Of a DNA stretch of 64,000 nucleotides, positions 46,280 through 56,843 are shown piece by piece. The notes below the pieces were generated by a model that did not search any database, was not told the origin of the DNA, and saw nothing but the letters and a program-made list of their open reading frames with translations. The stretch is from positions 2,022-66,021 of the IMG/VR virus record IMGVR_UViG_3300022744_000001; one strand, 5' to 3'. The stretch is from a virus. Position 1 is the first letter of the stretch. Each line of letters opens with the position of its first letter. The position numbers were made by a program, and so were the translations under genes.

Positions 46280-46744
46280 ATGCCCCTGATCGCGTTGGAT
46301 GACGTTGGTCGTTTACTCCACCAGCACCCCAAACACGCATTTCTCTCGGGGGACCCGAAGGAAACGCTACCCAAAGCCGCACACTCGCTCGTTCAATCCC
46401 TGGGCCTCAAGCAGCTGTGGCAGGTGCTGACTTTCTCTCCGCGAGAGTTGCTCGCGCACGACCCCTCGAGTCAAACCCTTCTCGAGCCCATCGCAAACGC
46501 CTTGGCTCCCTACAGCTTGGCGTTGCGGGAGAACGCCCCGTTCGCGCTCCGGACGGGCAATCGTTACGTCAAATCCATCTCAGAGGGCACCAACATTTTG
46601 ATGCCCTTCTACGAGGACACGACGTTCTACTGGACACGGTGGACGGCCATGACCGCCGCTACGAAGCTGGCGATAGCCTTCCCCGGGATTACTCCCGTCT
46701 TCCGCTCAGAGACGTTGCGGCTTGGTTATGTGCTTCGCCCCTAG
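46280..46744 (+). CDS. hypothetical protein (154 aa)
   Basis: Internal ATG. Confidence 0.4.
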   Translation: MPLIALDDVGRLLHQHPKHAFLSGDPKETLPKAAHSLVQSLGLKQLWQVLTFSPRELLAHDPSSQTLLEPIANALAPYSLALRENAPFALRTGNRYVKSISEGTNILMPFYEDTTFYWTRWTAMTAATKLAIAFPGITPVFRSETLRLGYVLRP

Positions 46745-47739
46745 ACGTTCGCGACCGCGGGCCTCACGGGCATGATGGCGTTGGGCCCGTCGAACAAAGC
46801 CCAAGGCCAGAGACCGGAACGAATCGCGGCGTCTCGAGTACGCTGCCAACGACCTCCGGGGATGTTGGCGTTCCATCGTCCGAAGTTCGAGGTTCCGAGC
46901 ATCTGGAGCAGGACTCGCGGGAGCAGCTCGCGGCTACCGCTTGCCACCTTCCAGGCGTTTTGAAGGCACGTGACCGCAATGGCCGGGGCGTTCACGGAGT
47001 TCGAGTACCACACCGCGAAGGCAAGCTCGAGAGCTGGTGTTAGGGTTGCAGTGGTGACGTCCGCCCCAATCACCTGCTCGACGGTCGAGATGCCGTTGAG
47101 GTTGAGTCGGCGACTCTGGAATGCCTTCTCCATGTGCTCGAGCCCGTAGAGCCGCTGTGTGGTGAACGTAGCAGGGTCCGAGAAGAGCTGAGAGAACAGG
47201 GTCGCCCATCGAGCGGCTTGGTCCCACTGGGGTCCGTTCGGAGGAACCCGACCTCCCGCGGGCGTCAACTCGTTCCGGATCAATGCCCCATGAACCGTTG
47301 CCCCAGCTTTCACTTGAAGCTGCTTGCCTGCAACCGTCACCGTCTGGTCGGCGGCGTAGCGAAGCACTCCGGACGGGGAAAGGACCCACCCCCGGGCCCT
47401 GAAGCCCGCCTGGATGGCCGCCGCCGCAGGTGTGGTGGCCACGGCAAGGACTCGAGCGAGCAGGGCGCCTAGCGGTCCCTGGTCGTCCTCTGCGTTGAAG
47501 TCCTCATTCGCGAGTTCCTTCGGGTAGACGATGATGAACTGGTCCGGCCCAGCCGTGAGCCCCGTCCCATCGAACATCACCACGGTGCCAAAAGTCCCGT
47601 TGGTCTCTACCTTGGTAGTGAGCCAGTAGAACCGCTCCGCGGACAACTTGCTCGTTGGAACCGGGATAGCTGTAGCCCCGACAACCATCGGTCCCGAGTA
47701 ATCCCCAAACTGCCTCCATTGAACGTTCGGCATGGCCAC
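46741..47739 (-). CDS. hypothetical protein (332 aa), possibly structural
   Basis: Clean ORF with a Thr/Ala/Gly-rich composition. Confidence 0.55.
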   Translation of the reverse strand: MAMPNVQWRQFGDYSGPMVVGATAIPVPTSKLSAERFYWLTTKVETNGTFGTVVMFDGTGLTAGPDQFIIVYPKELANEDFNAEDDQGPLGALLARVLAVATTPAAAAIQAGFRARGWVLSPSGVLRYAADQTVTVAGKQLQVKAGATVHGALIRNELTPAGGRVPPNGPQWDQAARWATLFSQLFSDPATFTTQRLYGLEHMEKAFQSRRLNLNGISTVEQVIGADVTTATLTPALELAFAVWYSNSVNAPAIAVTCLQNAWKVASGSRELLPRVLLQMLGTSNFGRWNANIPGGRWQRTRDAAIRSGLWPWALFDGPNAIMPVRPAVANV

Positions 47740-47768
47740 CTCACGGTGTAGGGGCCATAAGAAAGCTG

Positions 47769-47796
47769 TTGACTACGATGTAGTGGCAGCTATGCT
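47769..47796 (+). promoter_or_regulatory. sigma70-like promoter TTGACT-N16-TATGCT upstream of gene 47836
   Basis: Lies in the divergent intergenic region between 47739 and 47836. Confidence 0.4.
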
Positions 47797-47835
47797 TCTA
47801 GGCTCGCCTTAAGGGCAGAAAGCGTTTCCCTAGTC

Positions 47836-48612
47836 ATGCGCCAGGACATGCCCAAAGTCGTTGTTGAACGTGGGCGCACCAACGCCACGTACAGCTACCG
47901 CGACCACCGCTCCTCTCGGAAAAAGGCAGAGGATGACCTCCCTCGCAACGAGGGGATGCGTCGTCCTTATGGCTGGGAGAAGAAGCAGCTGAACGAGACG
48001 CTCGCACCATTGCGTCGGTTCCTGCGTAGCCGAGTCGGGCAGCCGTGGGACAAGGTCTACTCCGAAATCAGCGAGAACCTGAAAGCCTCGAATCCGGTTC
48101 AGCAGCACGTCCGCGACCACCTGAAGGACTACGTGTTCTTCACCGTCGTTGTGAAGAACGGGCGTTACGAGGGACCTCGTCGTGGTGACCTCGGCTGGAC
48201 CGTTCGCCTGCGCAAGGGTGACCTTTACGTGAACGAGGCTGGCATCCTCTGCCAGCTCCGCCATGACGGGCCTAAGAAGGGCGACTCCCGGTACAAGTCG
48301 TACGTGGTCTCGGCCATCACTGAGAAGGCGGGCGGGAGCCGCCACCTTCACCGGACGAAGACGACCTACTTCCTGGCCCGGAAGAAGGACTATGCACCCG
48401 CGAGCGGTGAGGTCGTTGTCGAAACCATCGAAGCTGTGTCCTTCGAATCGGCCCGGGACCTCTTCAACGAGCGCTACCGCAAAAACCCCGTGGTGGCGGA
48501 GAGCTGGGTGTCCTCGGTCAACTGTCGCTGCACGAAGTGCATCCAATACCAGTCCGAGAGCCACCAGATGAGGCAAGCTCGCGAGCGAGAGAAGCTCAGC
48601 GCAGCTGGATAG
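47836..48612 (+). CDS. hypothetical basic protein (258 aa)
   Basis: Clean ORF with a C-terminal CRCTKC motif. Confidence 0.5.
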   Translation: MRQDMPKVVVERGRTNATYSYRDHRSSRKKAEDDLPRNEGMRRPYGWEKKQLNETLAPLRRFLRSRVGQPWDKVYSEISENLKASNPVQQHVRDHLKDYVFFTVVVKNGRYEGPRRGDLGWTVRLRKGDLYVNEAGILCQLRHDGPKKGDSRYKSYVVSAITEKAGGSRHLHRTKTTYFLARKKDYAPASGEVVVETIEAVSFESARDLFNERYRKNPVVAESWVSSVNCRCTKCIQYQSESHQMRQAREREKLSAAG

Positions 48613-49153
48613 GGGCAGCCTTCTTTGTCGTGAACGCCTGCTCGGTTTCCTCGTTCGTCACGATGCCGATGTTCTTGATCTTGTCCGTGGGGAAGCCGAA
48701 GAAGCCCGAGAACATGGCGCCCATGCCTGTCTCGTATTGGTCTCGGTAGGCTTGCTGGCGCGCGATCAAGGACTTCTGGTCAGCTTCGAAGCTCTGGCGG
48801 CCCGACTGGATTTGCAGCTGGATTCGCTCATACATCTTCGAATCGAAGTTCGGGTTGTGCTCCTTGATGAACTGCACCAGGGCCTTTGACCCATCCGCCC
48901 CGTAGCGGCTTTGGATGGCCCCGTCGTAGACCTTCTTGAGGTCGTCCGTGTACATGGACGGGACCTGAGCCATCTCTTTGAGGGTGGAGAAGTAGTTCGA
49001 GTAGTTGTTCTTGTCTTGGTCGTACTGGGCAACGAGCCCGTTCTCCATGCGCACGCACGTGTTGTAGAAGCCGAACAGAACGAACGCGAAAATGATCACC
49101 ACCAGGAAAAGCCCAGCGATGCCTGCCAACAGAAACTTCATAGCCGTAGACAT
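48596..49153 (-). CDS. LemA family membrane protein
   Basis: N-terminal transmembrane helix and the MFSGFFGFP motif. Confidence 0.7.
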   Translation of the reverse strand: MSTAMKFLLAGIAGLFLVVIIFAFVLFGFYNTCVRMENGLVAQYDQDKNNYSNYFSTLKEMAQVPSMYTDDLKKVYDGAIQSRYGADGSKALVQFIKEHNPNFDSKMYERIQLQIQSGRQSFEADQKSLIARQQAYRDQYETGMGAMFSGFFGFPTDKIKNIGIVTNEETEQAFTTKKAAPIQLR

Positions 49154-49165
49154 TGTCTCTCCTCT

Positions 49166-50056
49166 TCAACCCTCAAGGGTTTGGTAGAACTTTTCGACGT
49201 CGAGTGCGATGGTGACCGGGTAGGGCCCTGGCTCGCCCACGAACGTGAAGTCCGTATCGGGGCGGGTCCCCCACTCACCCTTTTCTCGGTAGGGGAAGCC
49301 TCGGACCCAAGTAGCGGCCGACGGGTTGATAGCCAGCGCAACTGCGATGACGTCATGCAGGGCTTTGCCGTTCGGGTGCTTCTGAAAGTAGGTGAGCATC
49401 CCAAGCTTCAAGAGGTCGAGTCCTGGGTGAGCCCCGTCCGGAAGCTGAACGCTCTGGTCGTAGATGATCCCGTGGCACACGTTCTTGGTGACAAATCGCT
49501 TGGTAGGGATGGCTTCAGTTGAGATCAGGGCTTTGGCCGCGGGAACGTCCCCGTTGAGGTTGAACGTCGGGCAGGTGATGCGGCCTTCGAATTTGGGAAG
49601 GCGGAATTCCGGCGGCACCACGTTGTCGCCTGCAAACCCGCCCTGGCAGGTCCAATTCTGGAAGAACGGTTTGGCTCCTCGAGCTTGGAGGGCCTCGTGG
49701 ACATTGGTCAGGGCGGCCCCCGTGACAAGGTGGGTTGCGCCCCCATCGAGAGCCCCGTGGATGACCTCGACCGCGGTCCCGTCTGGGATGCAAGGACCAA
49801 AGCCCCCCAACCAGTCACGGTAGAACCCAGCCACTCGAGGCGCTTCCTTCTTGGGTGTCCCAGCCCCTACAAGCACGTCTGGGCGGCCCAGAAGCGCCAG
49901 GACGTGCTTGGCCAACCCGACCTGGTCGTGACCTCCAGGGAAGACTGTGATGGCCCGCAAATCCACTCGAGGGTGGGTTGCGAGGATGCAGAGGGCCATG
50001 GCGTCATCGGGGTCGCCGGTCTCCATGTCGAAGACCATCTTGATTCGTTTGGCCAT
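49166..50056 (-). CDS. nucleoside hydrolase (IU-NH family)
   Basis: DMETGDPDDAMAL (aspartate cluster), LVTGAALTNVHEAL and TFNLNGDVPAAKA match IU-NH motifs. The start was trimmed to the Met at 50056, which is TGATG-coupled to the upstream gene. Confidence 0.7.
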   Translation of the reverse strand: MAKRIKMVFDMETGDPDDAMALCILATHPRVDLRAITVFPGGHDQVGLAKHVLALLGRPDVLVGAGTPKKEAPRVAGFYRDWLGGFGPCIPDGTAVEVIHGALDGGATHLVTGAALTNVHEALQARGAKPFFQNWTCQGGFAGDNVVPPEFRLPKFEGRITCPTFNLNGDVPAAKALISTEAIPTKRFVTKNVCHGIIYDQSVQLPDGAHPGLDLLKLGMLTYFQKHPNGKALHDVIAVALAINPSAATWVRGFPYREKGEWGTRPDTDFTFVGEPGPYPVTIALDVEKFYQTLEG

Positions 50057-51189
50057 CACCGGTGCCTCTTGTGTGTGGGCTTCTCGTCCCCGAACACGTC
50101 GTGGTAGTGGAACACGAACATCAGCCCAATCGAGATCGCTAACCCGATGATCACGGACACGACCCACTGGGTTGTTGTGGGTACAACGCTCGCGGCGAGG
50201 TACTCGAAGTCCTTCATGGGCTTGCGTTGGTAGTTCTGAATCACATGAGAACGAAAGAGCCCGAGGATGGGTTCGCGCTCGAGAGGGAGCCCTTGAACCG
50301 CGGCCTCCAGCTCGACTTCGAAGTTCTTCCTCACGGTCCAAGCCATGACCTCGGCCCACACGATCTGGTTCGTTTGGTCGAGACCTAGAACCAGCACCGC
50401 GTCATTTTTCTTCGCTCCAACCCAGAACTCTTCCAGGGCGTAGAAGAAGTCACGCGGCTTGTGGGACACGACCACGATGAGGTTGACCTGTTTTTTCGGC
50501 CCCACCTCGCCGTTGATTTTCTCGAGCTGCCGGTTCCACTCGTCCGCATCAGGCAAGGCCACCCCCACCTGCACGAGCCTCTTCAAGTGCCAGTAGTCGT
50601 AGACCTGGTCCGGGTAAGCAGGCAGGACATCCTGATACTTCTCCGTGAGCCCTTGGTGGCGGAATACGGAGTCGGGAGAGGCTTTGACGTAGTTCTCGTA
50701 CGAGTGGGTCCGAGCTACCGGCTCGCCCACCTTCGTGGCACCCCAACGGGGAGGCGTGATCGTGCCTTGCCGGTCGATACGGGAGATCTCGAATTGGCCG
50801 AGTGACGTGTAGACATCCCAGTCGAAATCATACGGGTGGTCGTAACACGTCTCGTAGCAGGTGTCATAGCAACGGTCGTAGCAGTAGCTGGGGTTCTTGG
50901 CCGTGCCTCCGCACTTGCGTCGGTTGCAGTTGTGCGGGTTGCATTTGTACGGGTGGCATCGGTAGCTGTGTTCGCAGCTCACCCGCTCTTGCTTTTTGCC
51001 GGTCACTGTACCGTTGAGGACTTCAACGTCGCCGGTGTCCTGGTAGTAAACGATCGCGGCCGAGCCGCCCGCTACCATGGCTTGAGCGGCCAAGTGGAGC
51101 GCGAATTCCTTCCACGTGATGCCGTGGAAGAAAGCGCGGCCAACGATAGCCGGGAGAATGGCGACTGCGAATAGAAGTAGGAAGACCAT
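50056..51189 (-). CDS. two-TM Cys-rich membrane protein (377 aa)
   Basis: Hydrophobic N- and C-termini and a Cys cluster CEHSYRCHPYKCNPHNCNRRKCG. Confidence 0.55.
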   Translation of the reverse strand: MVFLLLFAVAILPAIVGRAFFHGITWKEFALHLAAQAMVAGGSAAIVYYQDTGDVEVLNGTVTGKKQERVSCEHSYRCHPYKCNPHNCNRRKCGGTAKNPSYCYDRCYDTCYETCYDHPYDFDWDVYTSLGQFEISRIDRQGTITPPRWGATKVGEPVARTHSYENYVKASPDSVFRHQGLTEKYQDVLPAYPDQVYDYWHLKRLVQVGVALPDADEWNRQLEKINGEVGPKKQVNLIVVVSHKPRDFFYALEEFWVGAKKNDAVLVLGLDQTNQIVWAEVMAWTVRKNFEVELEAAVQGLPLEREPILGLFRSHVIQNYQRKPMKDFEYLAASVVPTTTQWVVSVIIGLAISIGLMFVFHYHDVFGDEKPTHKRHR

Positions 51190-51758
51190 CGGTGCCCACT
51201 AAAGACACCGATGGTTTGACAATTTGCTGGTTTTTCTCACCAGTAGTCCCACCGGATGTGGCGGGGGTAGCGGTCGGGGATACGCTCGAACTGGCGGGTT
51301 CGGAGGGCGTCGTGGACGAGACGCCGAGCGCTTTTCCAGTTCATCCGTTGTGCCCACCGGCAGTAACCGATGGTCATAACGCTGTAGCCTCGCAGCTTCT
51401 TATGCCTTGAACGCTTCTTTCGACGGTAGTTCGTGTGCACTCGTCCCTCGTAGGGCGCCAAAGGGGCGTCCTAACGGGGCTTCGTGTCGGTCGTAGATGG
51501 TCGGCATGGGTCGTCTACACCATAGATGGTTTCGCCGCTGGCGACAAACTCTTCCGCCCACCGCACGAGAACCTGGTCCTCAACGTAGTAAAGGGCGGTC
51601 CCGTCGTTGCCCTTCTGCTGGTTGATGCTGTTCGAGATGAGCTGACCCAGGCGTAAATGAGGGCTGCTCACCCAGGCCGCGTAGAGGCGGTTGATGACTT
51701 CCTTCTTCTGTTCTGGTGTAAAGGCTCTATCTTGCATGACTACTTCCTGGAGGGTCGC

Positions 51759-52106
51759 ATGGCATTTCCGAAAAGCAAACGCAGAAAAATCACAGTGGAT
51801 GGGGTCACCTATCACTACGTGATCGTTCCCGCCGCCGCGGGCCTCACGCGCACCATGACCTTAAGAGTGCAACGGGTCGCCGACGGGGAGCACTTCGTGT
51901 TCAGGGCGATCGACACAACTTACGACCCGGGAAAAGCGGTACGCGAGTTCGTGAGCCCCATCTCGGGGGAAGTGTCGAACGACTCCAATGGGGTCACTCC
52001 GAAGGATGTGGCCGCGGCGATTCGTGGCGAACGCATCTCCGGTGTGTGGCAGCTCAGCCCGGTCACCGGTCAAAAGCAGCCTGCATCAATGGGCGGAGTT
52101 TGTTGA
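51759..52106 (+). CDS. hypothetical protein (115 aa)
   Basis: Internal ATG. Confidence 0.4.
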   Translation: MAFPKSKRRKITVDGVTYHYVIVPAAAGLTRTMTLRVQRVADGEHFVFRAIDTTYDPGKAVREFVSPISGEVSNDSNGVTPKDVAAAIRGERISGVWQLSPVTGQKQPASMGGVC

Positions 52107-52638
52107 GGTCCTCCTCGAAACCCTCGCCCACTCGAATCTTGAATACGTTCGGGTGGGCGAAGTCCAGGTTCCAAGGAGACTCCAACATCACGCCGAGACC
52201 ACGAGGGCGCCACTGCAACCAACGCAGCATGTACGCAGGCCAGTCGTCGAACAAGACACGCCCGTAGACGAGCCCTTTGTCCTCCGTGATGGTCACAGGA
52301 ACGTTGGGTAGGTATTTGCGGCACCACTCGACCTTTTCAGTCCAAGCACTCGCTGTACGAAAAGGCCCCTTCGTCAGTACCGTGGTTTGAAACCCCATCT
52401 GCTGCATCGTGAGGACAACCCGAAAACCCTCTCGGATTGGAGGCAACCTCCGCCAGAACCCTGGTTGTGACTTGATGAGAGTTTTGCGGGCATCGAGCCA
52501 CGCTGGTATATCCTCCCCCTCGAACTTTGGCTCGCCAGGGTAAGCGATCTTCTCGAGAGCTGCTTTCATCCCGCCGTAGTAGTCGGCGATGGTGCCGTCC
52601 ATGTCTATAAGGGCGATTTTCTCAGGTGCTTGTTCCAT
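52063..52638 (-). CDS. 5'(3')-deoxyribonucleotidase (NT5C-like HAD phosphatase)
   Basis: IALIDMDGTIADYY is a DxDGT HAD motif, with downstream NT5C-like conservation. Confidence 0.7.
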   Translation of the reverse strand: MEQAPEKIALIDMDGTIADYYGGMKAALEKIAYPGEPKFEGEDIPAWLDARKTLIKSQPGFWRRLPPIREGFRVVLTMQQMGFQTTVLTKGPFRTASAWTEKVEWCRKYLPNVPVTITEDKGLVYGRVLFDDWPAYMLRWLQWRPRGLGVMLESPWNLDFAHPNVFKIRVGEGFEEDLNKLRPLMQAAFDR

Positions 52639-52946
52639 TGGTGTAGAGGTACACCGATGGAACCCACAACAAAGATGTTGCAGCTTCTACCCGCCACTCC
52701 TGAGTGGAGCGCAGCCTTCCTTGAACCCTCCAGCAAAGACGTCACCTTTCGCCCTGTACTCATGTGGGCGCTTTGCGCGGACGGCGAACGAACCAAGGTT
52801 CACGGGGTTGTTTGCATCGAGGGGCAAATCCTTCCCGTTTCAGATTGCCCAGCATTTGTCGGGTACCTTGATCCGACCCTTACCGTGACCGAACGGAAAA
52901 AACGCATCAGCATGTTTCGTGGGGTCACGGTGTAGAGGGGCCTATC

Positions 52947-53504
52947 ATGCCTGACCTGGACCTGACCGAGGAGGAATGGGCTGCTTTGCTTCGGGCCTCG
53001 GATGAAACCTCCCCCAAGAAACAAGAGCCAAAACCGTCCACTGGGGTTCCAACTCAACCCTTACGAACCCGGTACGAGTTGGACGAGCAGTTCCCGAACC
53101 AACGACGGGACCTCGTTTGCCCTGAGTGCGGTAGCCAAATGACGCTCAAAGACAGCCGGAATGGCGTCTTCTATGGGTGCGTGCGTTGGCATGAGACCCG
53201 GTGCAAAGGCTCGCACTCAGCTCACCGAAGCACGGGGCTGCCTATGGGCATTCCCGCGACCGCGAACACGAAGAAACTCCGGATGGATGCCCACGCCTCA
53301 TTCGACCAGCTGTGGAAGACCGGTCGAATGAAGAGACCCGAAGCATACGCCTGGTTGTCCAAACAACTCGAGCTACCCCCGGCGCAAACCCACATCTCCA
53401 TGTTCGACGATGAGATGTGTCGAAAAGTTATACGGGTAGTTGAACGTGAGTTCACACCTCAGAGTCGATTCGACTTGATGGATGAGTGGGACGGTACCCT
53501 ATGA
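52947..53504 (+). CDS. protein with topoisomerase-type C4 zinc ribbon
   Basis: The motif CPECGSQMTLKDSRNGVFYGCVRWHETRC is present. Confidence 0.5.
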   Translation: MPDLDLTEEEWAALLRASDETSPKKQEPKPSTGVPTQPLRTRYELDEQFPNQRRDLVCPECGSQMTLKDSRNGVFYGCVRWHETRCKGSHSAHRSTGLPMGIPATANTKKLRMDAHASFDQLWKTGRMKRPEAYAWLSKQLELPPAQTHISMFDDEMCRKVIRVVEREFTPQSRFDLMDEWDGTL

Positions 53505-53780
53505 CCATTGATGAGTCAGCCAAACTGAGTAAACTACGCGCCACAGAGAACCAACGTTGGGCAGAAATGGAGAGGGCCCTAGACCGATTCAATCAATCCC
53601 TAGCTCGGTTTGAGGGTTGGGTTACCTGCGAAGCGATTCGAGTAAGGAAGTTAGCGTTAGCAACCCCGGTGGCCGAGGATAGCCCCCGCAAGAAAACTTG
53701 ACGCCCTCGAGAGGGTGACTAATCAAGGTTGCCTGCGCCCCGCAAATTCCGTGTAAATTCGGCGTGTCACGTCTTTTCAG

Positions 53781-54137
53781 TTGGCGAGTTTGTGCCACAC
53801 TCGCAGGATGCTTAGGCAGCTCTTCTCCCCCCGAACCAAACTCGACAAGCCCGCTCTGGACCGCCAAACCCAAGAGGCCCTTCGCTGGGAGCGAATGGGG
53901 GAACTCTGGGCAGAGGACCAGTTCGGGAGCGTCTATGGCAGAGAGGCATCGCTGAGGCTTCTGGCTGAGCGCCTTTCGACCTCTCGAACCGCACCCAATC
54001 AACACCAGTGGTCCCGGCTCATCCTCGCCTATGAGCGGCGCTGGGACGCTTTGCGTCGAGACTGGGCTCTGCGGCGAAGCTACGAGCCCAAACCCTACCT
54101 CTACCGAGCGCTAGGGTTTCTCCGCAATCACAGTTGA
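53781..54137 (+). CDS. hypothetical protein (118 aa)
   Basis: Clean ORF. A TTGACG-N16-TAATCA promoter-like site lies at 53698-53725. Confidence 0.4.
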   Translation: MASLCHTRRMLRQLFSPRTKLDKPALDRQTQEALRWERMGELWAEDQFGSVYGREASLRLLAERLSTSRTAPNQHQWSRLILAYERRWDALRRDWALRRSYEPKPYLYRALGFLRNHS

Positions 54138-54153
54138 AAACGAGCACGTTTGC

Positions 54154-54729
54154 GTGCATAACTCCGCCTTGATGCACGCAAATCCTACGAAATCCTCCAT
54201 CGGCTTCCTCGCAGCCCCAAGTGACGCGACCCTGACCGCGCTCTGCGCCAAGCACACCTCACTCACTCGTGTGCAATGGAATCTGCGACCTTTCGGCCCG
54301 GAGTTCATGGGACGGGTCTGGGTGGATGAGATGGAGCACCTCCAGTTCAGGAGAACTCACCACTACTTCCACACGTACTTCCGGTCTCCCAGCGAGGTCG
54401 CTGTACGTGTAGCCCTCGCCCTCGCCCTCGAAGCCACGGAACCAGCACTATCTCCCGCTCGGGCCGCCGCGCTTCTCTCCAAATCCGAGACCGTGGTCAT
54501 CCGGAAGATCGACCGAGAACTCAAGGTCAAGATCAACCGAAGTAGCCCGCTCGAGCACTTCAGCGTCTGGGTGCACCCTAAGAGCAGAGAGCAAGTGCGC
54601 GTCTCCAGTGTCAACTTCGGTGAAGTCCGCGTCATGTATGTGGGCAGAACGCTTGAAACCGACACTCAGCGTGAACCTAGCTTTGTATCCAACTTCCGCC
54701 TCCTTGGGGTTGAGCAGTTAGCGGTGTAG
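54154..54729 (+). CDS. hypothetical protein (191 aa)
   Basis: Clean ORF. Confidence 0.45.
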   Translation: MHNSALMHANPTKSSIGFLAAPSDATLTALCAKHTSLTRVQWNLRPFGPEFMGRVWVDEMEHLQFRRTHHYFHTYFRSPSEVAVRVALALALEATEPALSPARAAALLSKSETVVIRKIDRELKVKINRSSPLEHFSVWVHPKSREQVRVSSVNFGEVRVMYVGRTLETDTQREPSFVSNFRLLGVEQLAV

Positions 54730-54958
54730 CGTGGTGAGTGACTCTCGAGGAAGATGAGGATACCGGGGTTCTTGTGCAGATTGGGGCGGAAGAGGTCGGG
54801 TATTATCCTGACGGGACGCCCATGATCATGTACTTCCCTCTGGATTTTGATTACCCGCCCAAGCCCGGCACTCTGGAACACCAGGAGGCCATCGCCCCCT
54901 ACGTCCACGCTCTCATTTTCGCGTTCGCCCCAGGCCCCCAGGACATCGACTTCTGACT

Positions 54959-55621
54959 ATGAACACCCGCACGCTCTACAAGCGGCTCCGCCGCGCCAGC
55001 AAGAACCCGTTCGAGACTGCGTTTGGCAGCCGCTTCGGCATCGACATTCTTCTCCCCACCTCTCTGCTCGCAGAGCAACAACCGCCCAAGCCCGAGCTGC
55101 CTCCCGACCTCATGCAAGGGGTGTTCATCGGGGACTTTGTCCCTGCCAAGGAGGAGGAAGAGGAAAAGCCCCATACCCGAATCGTAAGCGTTTACGCGGC
55201 GGATGGCGACGGCCCGGAAAAACGAGAAGCGCTCGTCCCGGGGAGCGTGCGCGAGATTGAGCCCATCGAGGGGCGACGTCGATTCACTTGGTACGAGGCC
55301 ACTGATTGGAGAGACGATGGTTCGAAGCTTGGAACGCACACGCCCTATTTTGAACCTTGGGTTCTACAGGAGATCGCGTACCAGGAGTGGCAGCAAAAAG
55401 CACAGGATGATGTTGCGCACCCCGTGCTGGCGAGACTCAAAGAGATTCACCGGCACGCATCGAAACGAACCGTGTACGTGCTCAACGACGGGCTTCATGT
55501 GACCTACCTGTTCAAGACGTATGACAGGGACCGCGAGCACCTCATGGACATTGCTCGCACGGCGAGCCGGGCCATCCGCTTCGCAGAGCGGCAAGGGGTT
55601 CCGATTCGAGTCCGGGTCTAG
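54959..55621 (+). CDS. hypothetical protein (220 aa)
   Basis: Clean ORF. Confidence 0.45.
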   Translation: MNTRTLYKRLRRASKNPFETAFGSRFGIDILLPTSLLAEQQPPKPELPPDLMQGVFIGDFVPAKEEEEEKPHTRIVSVYAADGDGPEKREALVPGSVREIEPIEGRRRFTWYEATDWRDDGSKLGTHTPYFEPWVLQEIAYQEWQQKAQDDVAHPVLARLKEIHRHASKRTVYVLNDGLHVTYLFKTYDRDREHLMDIARTASRAIRFAERQGVPIRVRV

Positions 55622-56376
55622 TTCGGCAAGCTCTGAATCCGAAGGGTCGAACGCAGCTTGAGCAGCTCCTCGTAGGGCAGCTCGACCCGGTCCCCCTCAA
55701 CGTCCAAGGCCACCGGGTAGCCGTGCACCTCGGGCATCTGCTCGACGTCTTCGACTATGTCCATGAAGACCTGCTCCGGCATCTTCACCGACTGCTCGAA
55801 TCCGTTCTCCCACACAGAGAGGACTACGTCCTCGCCCACGCGCTTGATTCGGTAGCTGATCATTCACCCAAGGTTTCCCACAAGTGAACTAACAGGGATT
55901 TACCAGCACTTCTCGTACGTTGTAGTGCATTATCCCCGTTTTCTCCACATCACCCGTTCAGACGAGCCAAGACCTGGGTGTACAGCTCCTCCGGCACCTC
56001 AACCCAGTAGTCGCCCTTCTGAGGCGCTCGCAGCTGAAGGCGGTAGTTCTTCCCTGTCACCGACTGACCGACAACCTGGCCAGATTCCCCGTAGTGGAAC
56101 TTGAGCACGTCGCGTACCTCATGGCCGACGACCAGCACTCCAACCTCTCGCATCTTCTTCTCTGTCATGCTCCAGTTTACACCGCGGTGTACTAGGGCGC
56201 ATGGGCGACGATACCGTGAGCTTGGATGACGTGGAGTGCATCCGAGAGACCAACAGTGCAATCCTCTGCCGGATCGGGGACAAGAGGAAGCGGGAGGTTT
56301 GGATACCTCAGAGCCAAGTACATGACGACAGCGAAGTGTACGCCAAAGGCCACAAAGGCAAGCTTGTGGTCACCCA

Positions 56377-56835
56377 GTGGTTTGCAGAACAAGAGGGGCT
56401 CGAGTGAACTTTCAGTTCGGGGTTTACGCAGAGATTGAACTACTCGTTGATTTGACCTACTCGGGCGTCACTGTGGCGCTCGCGGACGGCCATGACGCTG
56501 AGGCCCAGCTCTGGATGGGGGAAGGGAAGAAGCGGAGGGTCTACGAGCCTTTTCGAGTCGATGACCGTGTCCGCCAGTACAACATCGTCCCGCTCATCCC
56601 AGATGTGAAAGAGGGTGGCGTTTACCTATGGACCTGGATCGCTCACTACTACTGGACCCCGCCAAACTCGAACGTTACGATCCGCCGCTCCGATATCACG
56701 CTCGCCCGCACCGGGAGGATGCGCTATCGGCTCGAGGTCAAGACGTGGCAAAACGAAGCGATTCAGTATCTTCTTGACAAGTACACGTCACAAATTATGG
56801 AAGAGTCCTATCGAGCCACGAACGTGCGCGGCTAA
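56377..56835 (+). CDS. hypothetical protein (152 aa)
   Basis: Clean ORF. Confidence 0.45.
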   Translation: MVCRTRGARVNFQFGVYAEIELLVDLTYSGVTVALADGHDAEAQLWMGEGKKRRVYEPFRVDDRVRQYNIVPLIPDVKEGGVYLWTWIAHYYWTPPNSNVTIRRSDITLARTGRMRYRLEVKTWQNEAIQYLLDKYTSQIMEESYRATNVRG

Positions 56836-56843
56836 GGACGGCC

